A stretch of DNA of 54,909 nt, counting the filler, from Dirinaria sp. TL-2023a (Eukaryota): assembly GCA_051941275.1 (NCBI GenBank). It is 2 parts of 2 records of this genome, joined end to end, with 100 filler letters (N's around TTAATTAATTAA, not from the genome) between each part and the next. Parts side by side here need not be neighbours in the genome. Positions count along the whole stretch, not along the records: positions 1 to 27,427 come from JAVEBF010000141.1; 1 more part is not named here. One strand, given 5' to 3'. This document shows, one piece after another, positions 13,243 to 25,215 of this stretch. Both the position numbers and the translations under genes were made by a program. The first letter of the stretch is position 1. Every line of letters starts with the position of its first letter. Under the pieces are notes generated by a model. It was given only the letters and a program-made list of their open reading frames with translations, made no database searches and was not told the DNA's origin.

Positions 13243-14372
13243 TCAAGCTGTGGCTATGGAGCTAGGATTCAGCGTTGTTGAATTGATATCCGATGGGAAG
13301 GTATCTGTGATAAGCGAGAGGTTGTGCGCAAGAAGAAAAGTCGTATTAGCAGCAGGCATTTGAAGAATGCCGCTCTCGACTGGATCGAAAGGAGACTTGT
13401 CTGGGTCTGGAGCCTGAGTGCATTTTTGTTGTACCACTATCGGCAAACCTGGTCAGCAAGGATTGCAAAACAAAACGCCAGAAGCGTAATGACACCCCAA
13501 ATCGATAATTGCACTTCTCTCAATGTTTGTACTATGATCCATTGGGGACTTACACGCGATGTAATTTTGATAACTTGATGGATTGTGAAGTGCATGCAAT
13601 GGACTTAAACTGACGCAACCATTCAGACCGTATTGTTCGTTCGGGTGAGTAACACCCGTAAGGCTGTGGGATTGGAGGTAGAAGTGCATTAGCTCATGGA
13701 TCAGTGCGTAAGTCTGGTAGGATGAGACAGTCCGGTCATTCCCGTTGTAACGATTGTCCCGTACGGTGGGACAATTCCTTCCCGTCAAATCGGTAGGCTT
13801 TTCTGGCAGCATGAAAAAACTCGGACATATAAAGACATACGCAGTCCCAATGGTAAAGAAAGCAGACATCGAGCCGAATGAGCAATAAACCCAAGGGTCG
13901 GTACCGAATGGCAGCCATCGATGCCTCTCTCGGATTCCTGGTTGCGCGCATGCAATCCGAGGTCGAAGTGGTATATTAGGATTGGGTAGAAGCTGGAGCA
14001 TAGGCTCAAACTTAGAGACCTGCTTGAGCATGTCCTCGACGTATTCTTTCGCACCGTCGTACTTGAAAAGGGCCCGGAAGCCATGGGTACTTGCAGTGCC
14101 CAATTTGACATCCTCGAGGGCTGGCGCGAGCGCTGTCATTGCCAAGTTCAACACGCGATTCAGGCGCCCTGTCATTTGGCGACAGTCCTCGATGAGGATC
14201 CGCCCAGCATACAAATTATCTAAATTTGATTCGGAAGAAATATCTGCGTCTTTTGAGTTATACGATTGCATTCAGAGATTCTCTTGCACTTACTATTCTT
14301 GGTTGACAGCATAAGCCCAAGTCCACCGAATGCAAAGGATAGCAAGCACAGAATGCCGCTCCAAAGCATCAT
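13243..14372 (-). CDS. Secreted zincin-like metalloprotease (HExxH; M35/lysine-specific metalloendopeptidase-like), 3 exons
   Basis: Exon 1 (14372-14294) encodes signal peptide MMLWSGILCLLSFAFGGLG. Exon 2 (~14243-13554) has FICPSFF, LIHELMHFYL, EQYGLNGC and ALHNPSSY. Exon 3 (13436-13243) is in frame. Both donors are GTAAGT. Confidence 0.75.
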
Positions 14373-15546
14373 AATTTACGTTACCTACTATTATGAATCA
14401 CGAGTGTGAGACTTCAAGGCAAGGAAATACGATTATAGCGATAGCAACTAAAGAGGGATCCATAGAATTTAGAAGAGAATCTTGTCGCATCTTATATTGG
14501 ACACAGGGTGCATTAGATCCAACACTTGACCGAGATCAGAACTGTAGGCTGAGGCGAACCCCGGCAAAAAGGCTCAATAACAGACAGCAGGCAGCATATG
14601 CAGCGGGAACCTGCGGATGGAAAGAATCACCCCACGCTCTGATGCGCAAGTAGGAGCGAGACGCAGGGTCGGGCGACCAAATGTGAATTTAAAACTTCTC
14701 CGTACTTGAGAATTCGAGACCGTGGAAAAGAGCGCCAATCAGGATATGCAGTGGAAATGGCTGGGCCATACTACACAAGACTCAAAGGGCTGTCTTAGCC
14801 AGAACTTCTGAGCATATCAAAGGTTATGAAAAGGTGATGCACGGTTGGTAGCTTGCCCTGCATGAAGTCCATACGTGGTATTCGAGACAGGGACATCAAT
14901 CTGTCACTCAGTGATGATACTTGATGAGGGTTTGACCTCGAGAAGGCGTGGCGAAAATGGTGAGGTCCTTGACAATCTTCCTGCTAGAGAGATATGATCG
15001 AGTTCTGCAATGAGGAACATAGACATTGTAGCAATGGAAACAGACATGAACAACAGTGGCGATAATCGATCAGTCGATATCAATATTGAGATTATGCAAT
15101 TTCCCACTAGCATATTTGATTATGATAATAACAGGTAGGTACGAGGCGTTGGTAGTGCCAGCCTTGAGGTACGGACAACACCATAAGTCCTGGCTAGCGT
15201 TATGTACGCCAAGACCAGTCGTCCAGGTGACTACAGGTAGACTTTGCAGATTCTGGGTAGCAAATTGGAAGGCTCGGGTGATAATATTAGGTAGTCCCCC
15301 AGGCGACTTTCAGTTGACCCCACCCGTAGCACCGACCGCGCTAGCCAGGATTTATGGTGTCGACCTCCGTACAATAAGGTAATCTTACCTTACCTTAAGA
15401 AAGATTCCTTTCATAGGGCTGATTCAGGGTTGTCTCAGTCGCGACTCGCGACACCACGGCTCCGAACCTTTGCCTACCTATTCGTTCACAGCATTGAACA
15501 TCTATTGATTCTTTCAGGAGCAGATGCCAAAAGCCTGCTAGTCGCA

Positions 15547-17721
15547 ATGCCTCCTTTTAAGGATGAACATATTCTTGTATGGCAATTTCTTCTCAGTCCA
15601 CCAACCATGATGAGTCTGCTGTTGGCCATATCGTTAGCTGACGGCCAGCGTATTTCATTTACAGATTATTGCTCCCGGCTCACAAACCACCCTTGCTCAG
15701 CTCGGACTGCCGGAGTCATTCACTCCTGCTCGATTGCGTATTTCGACGCGCATGTTCCCAGCGGAAAAGAAAGGTGATTGGGAACCGTTAAAAGTTAGGG
15801 AGAGGAGAGTAGTGAAATCACACGTCAATAATGCTAGCAATGACAATACCGACGGCGACATCCAGATGGGAGAGGCAGATGGTGATAACGCCGAGGATCT
15901 GGCTGAGGAGGAAACATTGTATGAGGAAGATCCTACAACGGATGAAGGTGCGGTGTGGCCGATACAAAACGGCCGAGTGGTTGACTGGTCCTGCTTCTTC
16001 GCTCTCCTTACGCATGTCTATAACACCCTGAGTCCACCTTTTCACACACCAATACTTGTCATTTCTCAGCCGGCATGGACGGAGCATGATCATGAAGTCC
16101 TCACCCAGTTCTTTTTCGAGAAGTTCAAAACACCTGCTTTCTGTTTGATGGACTCGGCTTTAGCCGCATGCTACGCTTTTGCAACGGCGTCCGCGATCGT
16201 GGTTGATGTTGGCCATGGGAAGTGTGATGTTACGGCCGTCAGCGAATTCGTGATCAACGATCTTGGTAGAGCAGCTGGTCTGACAGGTTGTGGTGGAGAT
16301 GCTATGACCCAGAGATTGCATGAGCTGTTGAAGACCAACAACTTTACTAAAGATATGTGTGAGCAATTGAAAAAGAGTGGCATATGTGAGATTCTACCAT
16401 TGGGGACAGAGTTGCCTGGAGAAGAGGGGAATGAAGATCAAATCGCGAACCCTGCAGTGGTTGCGTCGACTGGAGCTACGGAGGCCGGAATCTCGCAGAG
16501 AGGAAGCGTTGCAGGCCAAAATGGAGCACCTCGAGGTCCAGGTCCAGATACTGAAGTGGGCGACGAAGACCAAGACCGAGAGATCAAAGACGGCGAAGAC
16601 AATGAAGGCGTACTAGATGTCGCCAGTATCGTTGTGAGCGGTAAGACTGGTGAATTCTTAGCTAGGAAAGAGAAAGAGAAGCTCGAAAAGGCCGCTGCGA
16701 AAAAGGCTGCGGGAGAAGCCAAGGTTGCAAGCGAGCGAGCGAGATTACCCAATGCAAAGCGCCTGAAGGCTACATTACACTACACCGAAAGGCGTCCCCT
16801 GGATGAGCTCAACGGCAATGGGAAGAGAATAGTAGAGGGAGAGGAGCAGAACGGAGCTTCTAAAAGGCAGAAAACCCCTGAGTTGATCACCCCTACGCTA
16901 GCTGAAGCGGCCGATCTCCCAGCCTCAGTACGGAGAGAAGAACGAAGACGAAACAGAGAGGCGGCAACTGCGTTCGTACGAAAAGATATCGAAGTCGGGG
17001 TCGAGCGATTTGAAGCAGCCTCTGGGGGCGTTTTAGACGAGATCGTCGATGCTATACATCGCGCTGTCCTTGCCGTCCCCGAATATCACAAGCGACCGGA
17101 ACTGTGGGATTCTTTAATCATATTGGGCAACGGAAGCAAAGTCAAAGGTAAGGGTGCATATGCGATCATCGCGTGTCTGACGTTAACAGTCGTTGTATAG
17201 GCTTCAAAGACGCTGTTCTGGCCACCCTCAACGCGAGATACCTGATCTCCCCTTCTAACACGACGATGTTCACCTCCGAGATCCCGTCCAACTTCACTAC
17301 CCCAGTCGCCACCGGTGCAAACACGCCTCAACCTCAAAATCACCCTCCAAACTCGCACCATGGTCCGGGGGTCAATCCTTTGCTCCTCGCTGCAACCACA
17401 GCCTCCCACCAACAGCATAACCTTGCTCCGCCCGGTCAATCTTTACATCAACAGCTCCAGTTCCAGCACTACCAGAACCGGCAGCAGGAGTTACCCGAAC
17501 AGCCTAAACACCATCAGACACCAACCAGCATCAAATTGGCGAAGATGCCCGAGTATTTCCCGGAATGGAAGGACATGGGAACGGAGGAGGCGATGTTTCT
17601 AGGCGCGCAGGTGGCGGCGAAGGTGGTGTTTGTGGTGGATCAGGGCTTAAGCAAAGGGTTCATGAGTCGGACGGAGTACAACGACCTGGGGCCGCAGGGA
17701 ATACACGAGTGCTGCCTTTAG
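15547..17721 (+). CDS. ARP9: Nuclear actin-related protein Arp9 (RSC/SWI-SNF subunit), 3 exons
   Basis: Exons 15547-15576, 15665-17147, 17201-17721. Starts MPPFKDEHILIIAPGSQTTLAQLGLPESFTP. Actin-fold motifs FFFEKFKTPAF, VVDVG and LGNGSKVKGF, ending FLGAQVAAKVVF...YNDLGPQGIHE. Confidence 0.9.
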
Positions 17722-18701
17722 CAAGTCAGAAAATTGGAAACTTGATGTATCGTATTTCGTGTGATCCTTGGCTTTAGATTAGACCGCGGGAGAAGGTGAG
17801 ATGGGTTCAAATATCTGTCTGTACAGTAGAACCATCATCGAGGAAACCCCCTTTTCCTCTGAATAAAGGGGAAATTTCTGTCTATTATCGAAATATCGAC
17901 TTCCTCCCCCCCGTCCCCCCCGGGGACCCTTTCTGCGTTGGGTTCTGACTCTGAAGAAAAATAAAAAGATTCGCTTTGATGTGTGATTATGTGATGTATG
18001 CTTGAAGTATCTTAGTGGTGGGGGATTCAAGGGCAGGAAAAGGTAGGGTAGGGTAGGATGTGAAGAAGACGGGTTATATAAGGTAGAGGTGTAGGATGAG
18101 GGGGATGTTGATTGCTTTCCCTTTGGTAAAAAAAAAAAAAAAAAACTGGAAAAGAGAAAAGAAAAGGAATTAGCATCAGGATAAGACGAATGGAGGGAGG
18201 GAGAGTTCTAGAGTTTCTTTTTTTTTTTTTTTCCTTTTAATTTTTTTCTGGCGATTGCTAGGGGAGAGGGAGGGGTGGTGTCAGTGCTGCTGATGAAGAA
18301 TGAGATTAGATATCATATTGTTCTAGAGAGAATGCTCCTCTCTTTGGCTGGACGGGTTTGTTCAATTTGTGCCTTTGACGCTAGGGATTCATGGATGGTT
18401 GGATGAATAGAGGGATAAGGATATGTATAATGTATAGTCATTGCTAATCGATCTTTGAAGCGTGGAAAGATTGCTGGCAGGAAAGAGTTCTGCGTTTATG
18501 GTGGTCAAAGGGTTTCTGAGAGAGACCTGGATTTTGTTACTATATATACCCTTCAATCCTCATGGCTAGAAAGCGAAATGCTCAGGAAACGAGGTACGAG
18601 GGAGGGCCTATATGGCAAGTACTCAAGCAACCATTATGTACGAGCAAGCAATGTTCGGTAAACGATAACAGGTGTATGAAATGCTTGGGATAATGGATTC
18701 T

Positions 18702-20908
18702 CTACTGGGAGTACTCGGCAATGATCTTCGAGGCTGCGGTATCGCCAACGAAGTAGGCCACCGCCTGTGTGTGGGCACTGAGCTCTGTTAGCTATTGGAT
18801 AGGTATCAAAGGGGGAGAGAGAGCAAGGCTATATACCTCGGTAGTAACGGCGCCACGCTCATGTCTGCAACGCGCAGTCCTTGAACACCAAGGACCTTGC
18901 AATCTTCATCCACACACGTACCTGGTTCCCCAGGCTTGCCCATCTTGACGGTGCCGCACATGTGCCACATACTGAGGCCCGTGGCCTGCACGTATTTCTA
19001 TGAGAGGAAACAGGGTTTCAGTCGTCCGAGTTGTATCTTGGTATAGATGTATCTGAAATGCGACTCACCAGTATCTCCTCATCACTACGGCCAGTGGGCG
19101 CCGGCCCGAATCGCTCGCGTTGTGCGGCTAGTCCACGCGTATCCAAGAATTTGAGGGCTTCCCGAACAGAGTCTATTGCAGTGCGCCGGTCGAAAGGATG
19201 GTCGAGGAATTTCGGATCGATTCTAGGGGCTTTGCTCGGGTCCGACGATTGTAGTGTCACTTCACCAGAAGCCTGGCGGTTCATGAAGGCTACCACAGTT
19301 GATAGGTATTTCTCCGGCGCCTGAATGGAGCGACTGGGAAAATGCTATACGCACAGTATTAGATTTCGAACATATTGAGATCTAAACTCTAGAAATCGGG
19401 GCTTTTTGCGCAACTTGGCAGAGGCCATTGACAAATGGGGTATTTCTGCAGGCTATGGATCTGTAGGTACCGTTCCAAAATAGGACTACGTGTGAAGGTA
19501 AATATTCACTTACCGAGATTATTTCATAGTCAGGTCTAGTAAACGCTAGGAGCGCCTCTTGGGTTGCTTCGTTGAGCTCCTGAAATTCTTTTGAATGACG
19601 CAAATTGTCGCTTTTGAGATAGGCTACCATCTGCGGCAAGAAATAGTCCGCTAGAGGGCCTGACTTGTTCTTCATCCATTCTGTCCGAGCTTCTTCCATT
19701 GCTGCAGGGCTATTGATATATGAAGTTCGATGATGGCAGCCTGGCTTTTGGATTGTGACGATCTCAATCCATAGATGGTCCTGAAGGTTTTTTCCTACAC
19801 CTGGAATATCTTGAACAACAGGAATATTCTGTTTCTCAAGCTCCTTCCGTGGACCTATCCCCGAAAGCAGCAAGATTTTCGGCGAGTCTATGGCTCCGGC
19901 CGACAAGATGACCTCTTTCCTTGCATAGACTGTGGGACGGTAAGCACTCGCAACGACTGACAAGTCCATTCAAATCAAGAGATCTAACCTTTTCTATCTG
20001 ACGTGGCCACACCAATGGCTCTGTGACCATGTTCGTCAAGTAGGACCCTCTGCACGACGGACTCCGTGATGATCGATAGGTTGGACGGTGGGTCAGATAA
20101 CAAAGCCTTCGCAGCTGTTACACGCTGGCCATCATGTGCGGTGACTTGGAAAACCGCTATCCCGAGTGGATTGCCCGAGTTGTGGTCAAAGTTCAAGGGG
20201 TACTTTGTGTTGACAGTTCTGAGGTACTCGCCAAATTCTTCATCCCAGACATTGGGAACGCCCACTTGCAATGGTCTAGCTTTCATGAGTAGTCGGAACT
20301 TGTAGCAGAAAGTTGTGTAGATACCCATTGAAGCCATGCACAGAATCGGATGCACCTACATAATAGTCATAACCTTCTACCGGCGGTTCGAAAGTTTCGA
20401 GCTAAGTGTCGACTCTATTAGCTCATTACTTGAGCAGGCTCGTAAGACATAATACCTCTTTGAAGCGTTCCAGAGCCTCCGTCCAGCTCCAGCTGTCATC
20501 TCCCACTTCGTCGGCCCAGGCCTCATAGTCGGCCTGAGGCCCTCGGGTAAAAACACAAAAATTGATAGCTGTGCTGCCTCCAAGCCCTTTGCCTCTACTG
20601 TAGCCAATCTCACGCCCCTGCAGATGTTCTTGTGGGACCGTCTTATAGCCCCAGTCGTACCCTGGCGCGGTTGCGAGAGTCCAATGTCTATCACCATAGC
20701 TTTGATACCTAGGATCTGCATTTTCACCACCGGCTTCGATTAGGAGGATCCGAAGGTGTGTCAATGAGTGGGCAAGACGAGCTGCGAGCACGCAACCAGC
20801 TGGACCACCTGTATCGGTGTGTTAATCTTGCTTCTTTAAACATGTAAGCGAGGCTTCCTCTGTACCACCGACGATGATAAAATCATATGCATCTTCTGTA
20901 TCAGCCAT
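18702..20908 (-). CDS. GMC (AA3) oxidoreductase, no signal peptide, 8 exons
   Basis: Exons 20908-20866, 20808-20456, 20401-20325, 20275-19989, 19929-19514, 19344-19069, 18997-18837, 18777-18702. Motifs YDFIIVGGGPAG, RGKGLGGSTAIN, EVILSAGAIDSPKILLLSGIGP, GVGKNLQDH, WHMCGTVKMG, GLRVADMS, PSAHTQA. Confidence 0.92.
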
Positions 20909-21779
20909 ATCTTTCAATGAAAATTTTCCTAAAGATCTGCCAGCAAGGTAGTTTAGAGCTCGAATGGGAGTCTAAGACTGCCGCAAAATGGCAATGCTCC
21001 ACGACCTTTCTGATAGCACAGACACCGGAGATGAAAGACTCAGTGATGCTAGGAGCCGGCGAGATAAGTATGACCATATATATATAGTAAGACCTGCCGT
21101 GCCAATATAGGGTGGTAGCGAGGCATGGAGAAGGATCTTTGGACAGCGGATAAAGATACGGGGAACACTATTCGTAACCGCGCTAAAGAAAAAGAAAACC
21201 TTCCTCCGCACAGGATTAGAGTTTCTGGGCGCGCAGGATTCCTGCGAAGGGCTGGCACTAGGAATTCCCACTCCCCTACTTCGTTTTCTACTTCGTTTTC
21301 TCACCATTGCGATATGCGTTTCTACGTGCGGTGCGTAGAAAAGGTTCGGTAAAGTTGGGTCGCTCCGGAGAATTTCTGGTTTCTAGCTCTAGCTTGACCA
21401 AGGAAATGCTTCTACTCGCCATGATCCATCCGCTCACCTTGCAGTTCGCCGATCAAGCGATTGCGTCGAAGCGACATCGTGAACTCCCATATAGTTTTGA
21501 GAGGGCTCGAGACCGAGAGAAGCATGCATGCTGCTGAATCTTTCAGACAAGAGCACGCTGATTAGTTCAATGACAGCATCAACCTATCAATTTCACGTGG
21601 TCGTTGTAGGAGAGGGCTCTTGGTGAAGGGTTCTTCCTTATTGCGGCACCGTTGCCCGATTGGAACTAGCTTCGAAGACTGATCTAAGGTAACCCTGTGG
21701 GATAATGACTGTGCCGTCATATGAATAGCACAAGAACATTAATTGTGCTCAATGTCCATTGATAGTAGTTTATCTGTAT

Positions 21780-24062
21780 CTATCCACTGGCTTTAGTCAT
21801 GGGCCCCCAGTCCGCTCGTGGATTTATTTGATATCTCACGAGCCGCTTGCCTACCCGCTCCCTGCCAAGTCCTTCATCAAAATTGACGTCGAGTGTGCTG
21901 GTGTCGTTCTTCACATGTGGTTCCTTGCTATCAGGTCTCCCAGGGCTGGTCTCTGTCCCATTGGTAGTCTCGTCACTGCTTTTCCTCTCAGCAGACTCAA
22001 CTTTCACTTCGCAAGAGCCTCCTTGAAGTTCAGTGTTGGAATTTGCCTCCATTTTCCCCATACGATAAAGCAGTGCTTCCACTTTCGTCTTCAACTCCTC
22101 AACGTCCTCTGACCTCTCCTCCAGAACCTTCTTAAAGTCTTCTTTTACCCTCTCAAGCGCCTTCCTGCTCCTCGCCTTGTACATGATCTCTGCTCCCGCA
22201 GACCTCTCTCTTAGGCTACCCTCCTTGACTGGTGCCTTCTGACGCACCCATTCACGCATGATTTCCCAGATAACGCCGAACGGCGCGTCGGTGACGATGC
22301 TGCCGGGCTTAGTATGTGAGCGGGAGGTACGGTAGCCAAGATGAAGAAGGGCGCCACGGAAAGCGGCGTCTGAGGGTGCGACGCAGTGGAGGACTTTCGC
22401 AAGGGAGGAAGGGAAGAGAAAGAATGGGTGATGGGATGGCAGGAATGGAGGCAGTGAGGGGAATGGCTCAGCGAGGGCTTCAGGAGACGGATTAGACTGC
22501 TGGGGACTGCTGTTTTCGGCGTCTGGCGAAGACGCCTGAAGAGATTTCGACATAGAATTTGGTAAATGGGTTGGGTCGAGTATGGCCTCGTTCATGGCCA
22601 GCGTGAGCATGCCTTCCATGCGTGGTATCGTACCATATACTTCCTTGTCCAGACGAGGAAGTAAATCTAACAATTTTTGAATGAAGTAGGGGTTGTGCAG
22701 GGGGCCGCCCCACATCGGGCCTGAGAGATGCATTTTGAATCCACAGTGCTCGCACGTCTGACATGCGGTCGGGCCTTGCGCAAGTGAGAATTTGTAAAAC
22801 ACATCCGCATTCTTTGCTTTCTTTTGTTTTGTCTGAGCCATGAGCTGCGTGTTCCAGGATCCGCAGCCTTCGTCACAATTGTACACTACCATTGTCTTGC
22901 CAGCTAAGAATTTGACTTCAGCAGGGGATTTACGAATCCGAACGAAGACTCGTGCATAAAAGTCGATCGAGAGAGAAAGAAGAGGCTCGATTGCTATACC
23001 ATGCCTGGCGGCAGAGGTGGCAATGGCGTGTAGAATAAGACGTAAACCACCTTCATGTGATTGAGGCCCTTTAAAAGGTAGACCACCGTACTGTGAAAAA
23101 GTCTTCTCGGGATAGCCTGTTGAGGCAAAAACGCCTGCATCTGTACACGTGACGCAGAGCAGACCACCATCTACCAGTGCTCGGACGGCTGCATCAAAAA
23201 GTGGAGCAGCGGTTCCGTAGGGGTCAAGATCGATCACTTGATACAGTCGCTGGTCTGCAGGTCTACTAGGTGACGCTGACTCGTACATGTGCGCAAGTGC
23301 ATCGCCAGTGTTAGTTTGAATTAAGTTTTCGAGGCCATTGTGTTGAACATTGAGCTTGATTGATTTAGTTGCGGACGGAGAGATGTCATTCGCAATGATA
23401 CAGGTAGCGGTGGGAACTTCCTTAGCGTAACGAAGCGCGCGCAGACCCGTAGCAGAGAGAGCATCTAGAATCCTAAATGGTGGCTTGTTCTCAGGCTTAC
23501 GCGGACCAGCATCTTTGCCATTTAACTTGTCCCTATCTGCCTTTGGCGCTGTAGGAACGCCATTCATGCTATTCGTGTTCGTCACCTCTTCGGTGGGATT
23601 ACCACTTTCCCGGCGTCCATGTTTTTTATCGCCGGTTTCTGCATTTTGATTCGAGAGAATCGGAGTTTCTTCGCCTCCTGCATACTGCTCGGCAGGTTCT
23701 GCTACATCCTCTATCGGCCGTACTCGAGCCTGAACAGCCTCGGAGTCTTCCTCTTCACCGCCCCTTTTCCTCTTCTTGCTATTATTCGTCCCATGTTTCT
23801 TTCTTTGCTGCTGCCTCTGCTTTAATTGTCTGATGATGGATAAATCCTCAGCGAACGCGCGGACGGCTAGCAGGCTGAGGTCACGGTTGAATTGCTGGAT
23901 CGGATTGTAGAAAACAGCTTGGGTTTGGGCTTTCGTGTCATTGGCTTCTGGGGAGGTTTGAGAATCGAGTATCTCGGCTAACCCTTCCTTTATGACTTCA
24001 TACTGTCTGCCCTCGTATGTGGTGAATTCTTTCTCTGCTGGGGATTTGGCGTCGACAGTCAT
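21780..24062 (-). CDS. TRM1: tRNA (guanine26-N2,N2)-dimethyltransferase Trm1; possible non-AUG N-terminal extension to ~24167
   Basis: Motifs VFYNPIQQFNRDLS, ILDALSATGLRALRY, IDLDPYG, LCVTCTD, SIDFYARVF, CEHCG...GPMWGGPLHN, YQINPRADWGP. The first in-frame ATG is at 24062; the ORF-track start at 24161 is GTG. Confidence 0.95.
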   Translation of the reverse strand: MTVDAKSPAEKEFTTYEGRQYEVIKEGLAEILDSQTSPEANDTKAQTQAVFYNPIQQFNRDLSLLAVRAFAEDLSIIRQLKQRQQQRKKHGTNNSKKRKRGGEEEDSEAVQARVRPIEDVAEPAEQYAGGEETPILSNQNAETGDKKHGRRESGNPTEEVTNTNSMNGVPTAPKADRDKLNGKDAGPRKPENKPPFRILDALSATGLRALRYAKEVPTATCIIANDISPSATKSIKLNVQHNGLENLIQTNTGDALAHMYESASPSRPADQRLYQVIDLDPYGTAAPLFDAAVRALVDGGLLCVTCTDAGVFASTGYPEKTFSQYGGLPFKGPQSHEGGLRLILHAIATSAARHGIAIEPLLSLSIDFYARVFVRIRKSPAEVKFLAGKTMVVYNCDEGCGSWNTQLMAQTKQKKAKNADVFYKFSLAQGPTACQTCEHCGFKMHLSGPMWGGPLHNPYFIQKLLDLLPRLDKEVYGTIPRMEGMLTLAMNEAILDPTHLPNSMSKSLQASSPDAENSSPQQSNPSPEALAEPFPSLPPFLPSHHPFFLFPSSLAKVLHCVAPSDAAFRGALLHLGYRTSRSHTKPGSIVTDAPFGVIWEIMREWVRQKAPVKEGSLRERSAGAEIMYKARSRKALERVKEDFKKVLEERSEDVEELKTKVEALLYRMGKMEANSNTELQGGSCEVKVESAERKSSDETTNGTETSPGRPDSKEPHVKNDTSTLDVNFDEGLGRERVGKRLVRYQINPRADWGPMTKASG

Positions 24063-24270
24063 TGTAGCGTACTGAGCTACGCGCACATTGTAGATTCTGT
24101 TCGGCAAACAAGCCCTGGAAAGTGGACGGATCGCCAGACTTATGATATATCGAGGGTACACAGCCAGCTTCGTATCGATAAGGCCTAGATTTCCTATTGA
24201 ATTGAATTGAATTGAAGACGATTGCGATAGGGTACTCCGTACTGGGTAGAGGCTGTAATTGACGACTGAG

Positions 24271-24317
24271 CGCCTCGGCCGCAGCGCGTCACACTAGTGA
24301 CAGCTCGGGCCGAGGCG
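24271..24317. promoter_or_regulatory. GC-rich inverted repeat upstream of TRM1
   Basis: CGCCTCGGCC (24271-24280) and GGCCGAGGCG (24308-24317) are perfect reverse complements and enclose an inner GTCAC/GTGAC stem. Confidence 0.5.
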
Positions 24318-25150
24318 GAAGATTATTCGAAGGACCGGACGGGAAGACTGATATTCCAGCCCGAGATTTCCCGTACTCACTACTTCATTTTCAGCATGTA
24401 GTAACGCCTGTATTACAAGTCACCAGCATGGCAGATATTTACATTTACACATCATCCACTACCCTGTAATAAATGTACTTTTCTGGCAGGCTTGACTGCA
24501 ATGACCACGGAGAGCGACTTTGAATCGCATCACTTCCGGTAGAGAAACAGTCAAGCTTCAAATAAGGCTTGTTAGGATTTCAGTTGTGTACATTTACTAC
24601 TCTATGGACAATCCAACGAGTAGCTAGACGGAAGCTACATGTTGACAAGAGCTTCTACGGTCAGCTGCGGTGATATGCGCAATGTTAGTGAGGCAGCTAC
24701 ATCATATCTCGACCATTCGTTTGGAGAGGGTCCTTGAATGCTCCCCGTGCGCGAAAGCAGCGACACATTTGGAGGCGTTTATAGCAGATACTGGAAGTAG
24801 TTGAAAGATCATAATGACTGATTATGCAGTGCTTGTCTGCGAGAGGATAGATGATCGGAACTGACATCGATCCGAGAGTTTGATGCAGGAATGATCAGAA
24901 ATGATGCCTGCAATTACTACCCCGACCTCTCACGGCGTATACTTCAACAATTCAACTACAGCTCTGTGGCCGTACAAAATGTGGGCATGGCTGCGTGGTT
25001 CATCTGACGCCGCAATGCAAGGTGTTTGACATCTTTAGTATGTTTAGTGCGAGATAGCTACCTTAACCTTGCAGAGACGAATTCCCGATGGAGTACATGG
25101 ATTGTCGGAGCTTTTCCCTCTAGTGCTACTCCTACTCCACCCCCTTTCCT

Positions 25151-25215
25151 GTTTCACCTACTTTCATCTTAGGGTTAAAATTACAGAGAAAATTTTTCAT
25201 CTCATCAAATTATCT
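25151..25215. mobile_element. Decayed partial copy of the TTAGGG-containing foldback element at 32797-32962
   Basis: tttcacctactttc...ttagggttaaaattac...tttcatctcatcaaattatct aligns to the reverse complement of the right arm plus spacer (tttcacctactttc...tcagggttagggttac...tttcaccccatcaaaatacct). Differences in the aligned blocks are mostly C>T/G>A. Confidence 0.55.

Noticed and set aside
15376..15396. AAGGTAA-tc-TTACCTT palindrome and TTAC words as a possible Starship boundary
   Set aside because: Very short, and no tyrosine-recombinase captain gene or paired boundary is visible in the window.
982..24161. Numerous antisense and alternate-frame ORFs overlapping NMD5, SKI2, ARP9, GMC and TRM1
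   Set aside because: These are shadow ORFs of conserved coding exons with no independent evidence.
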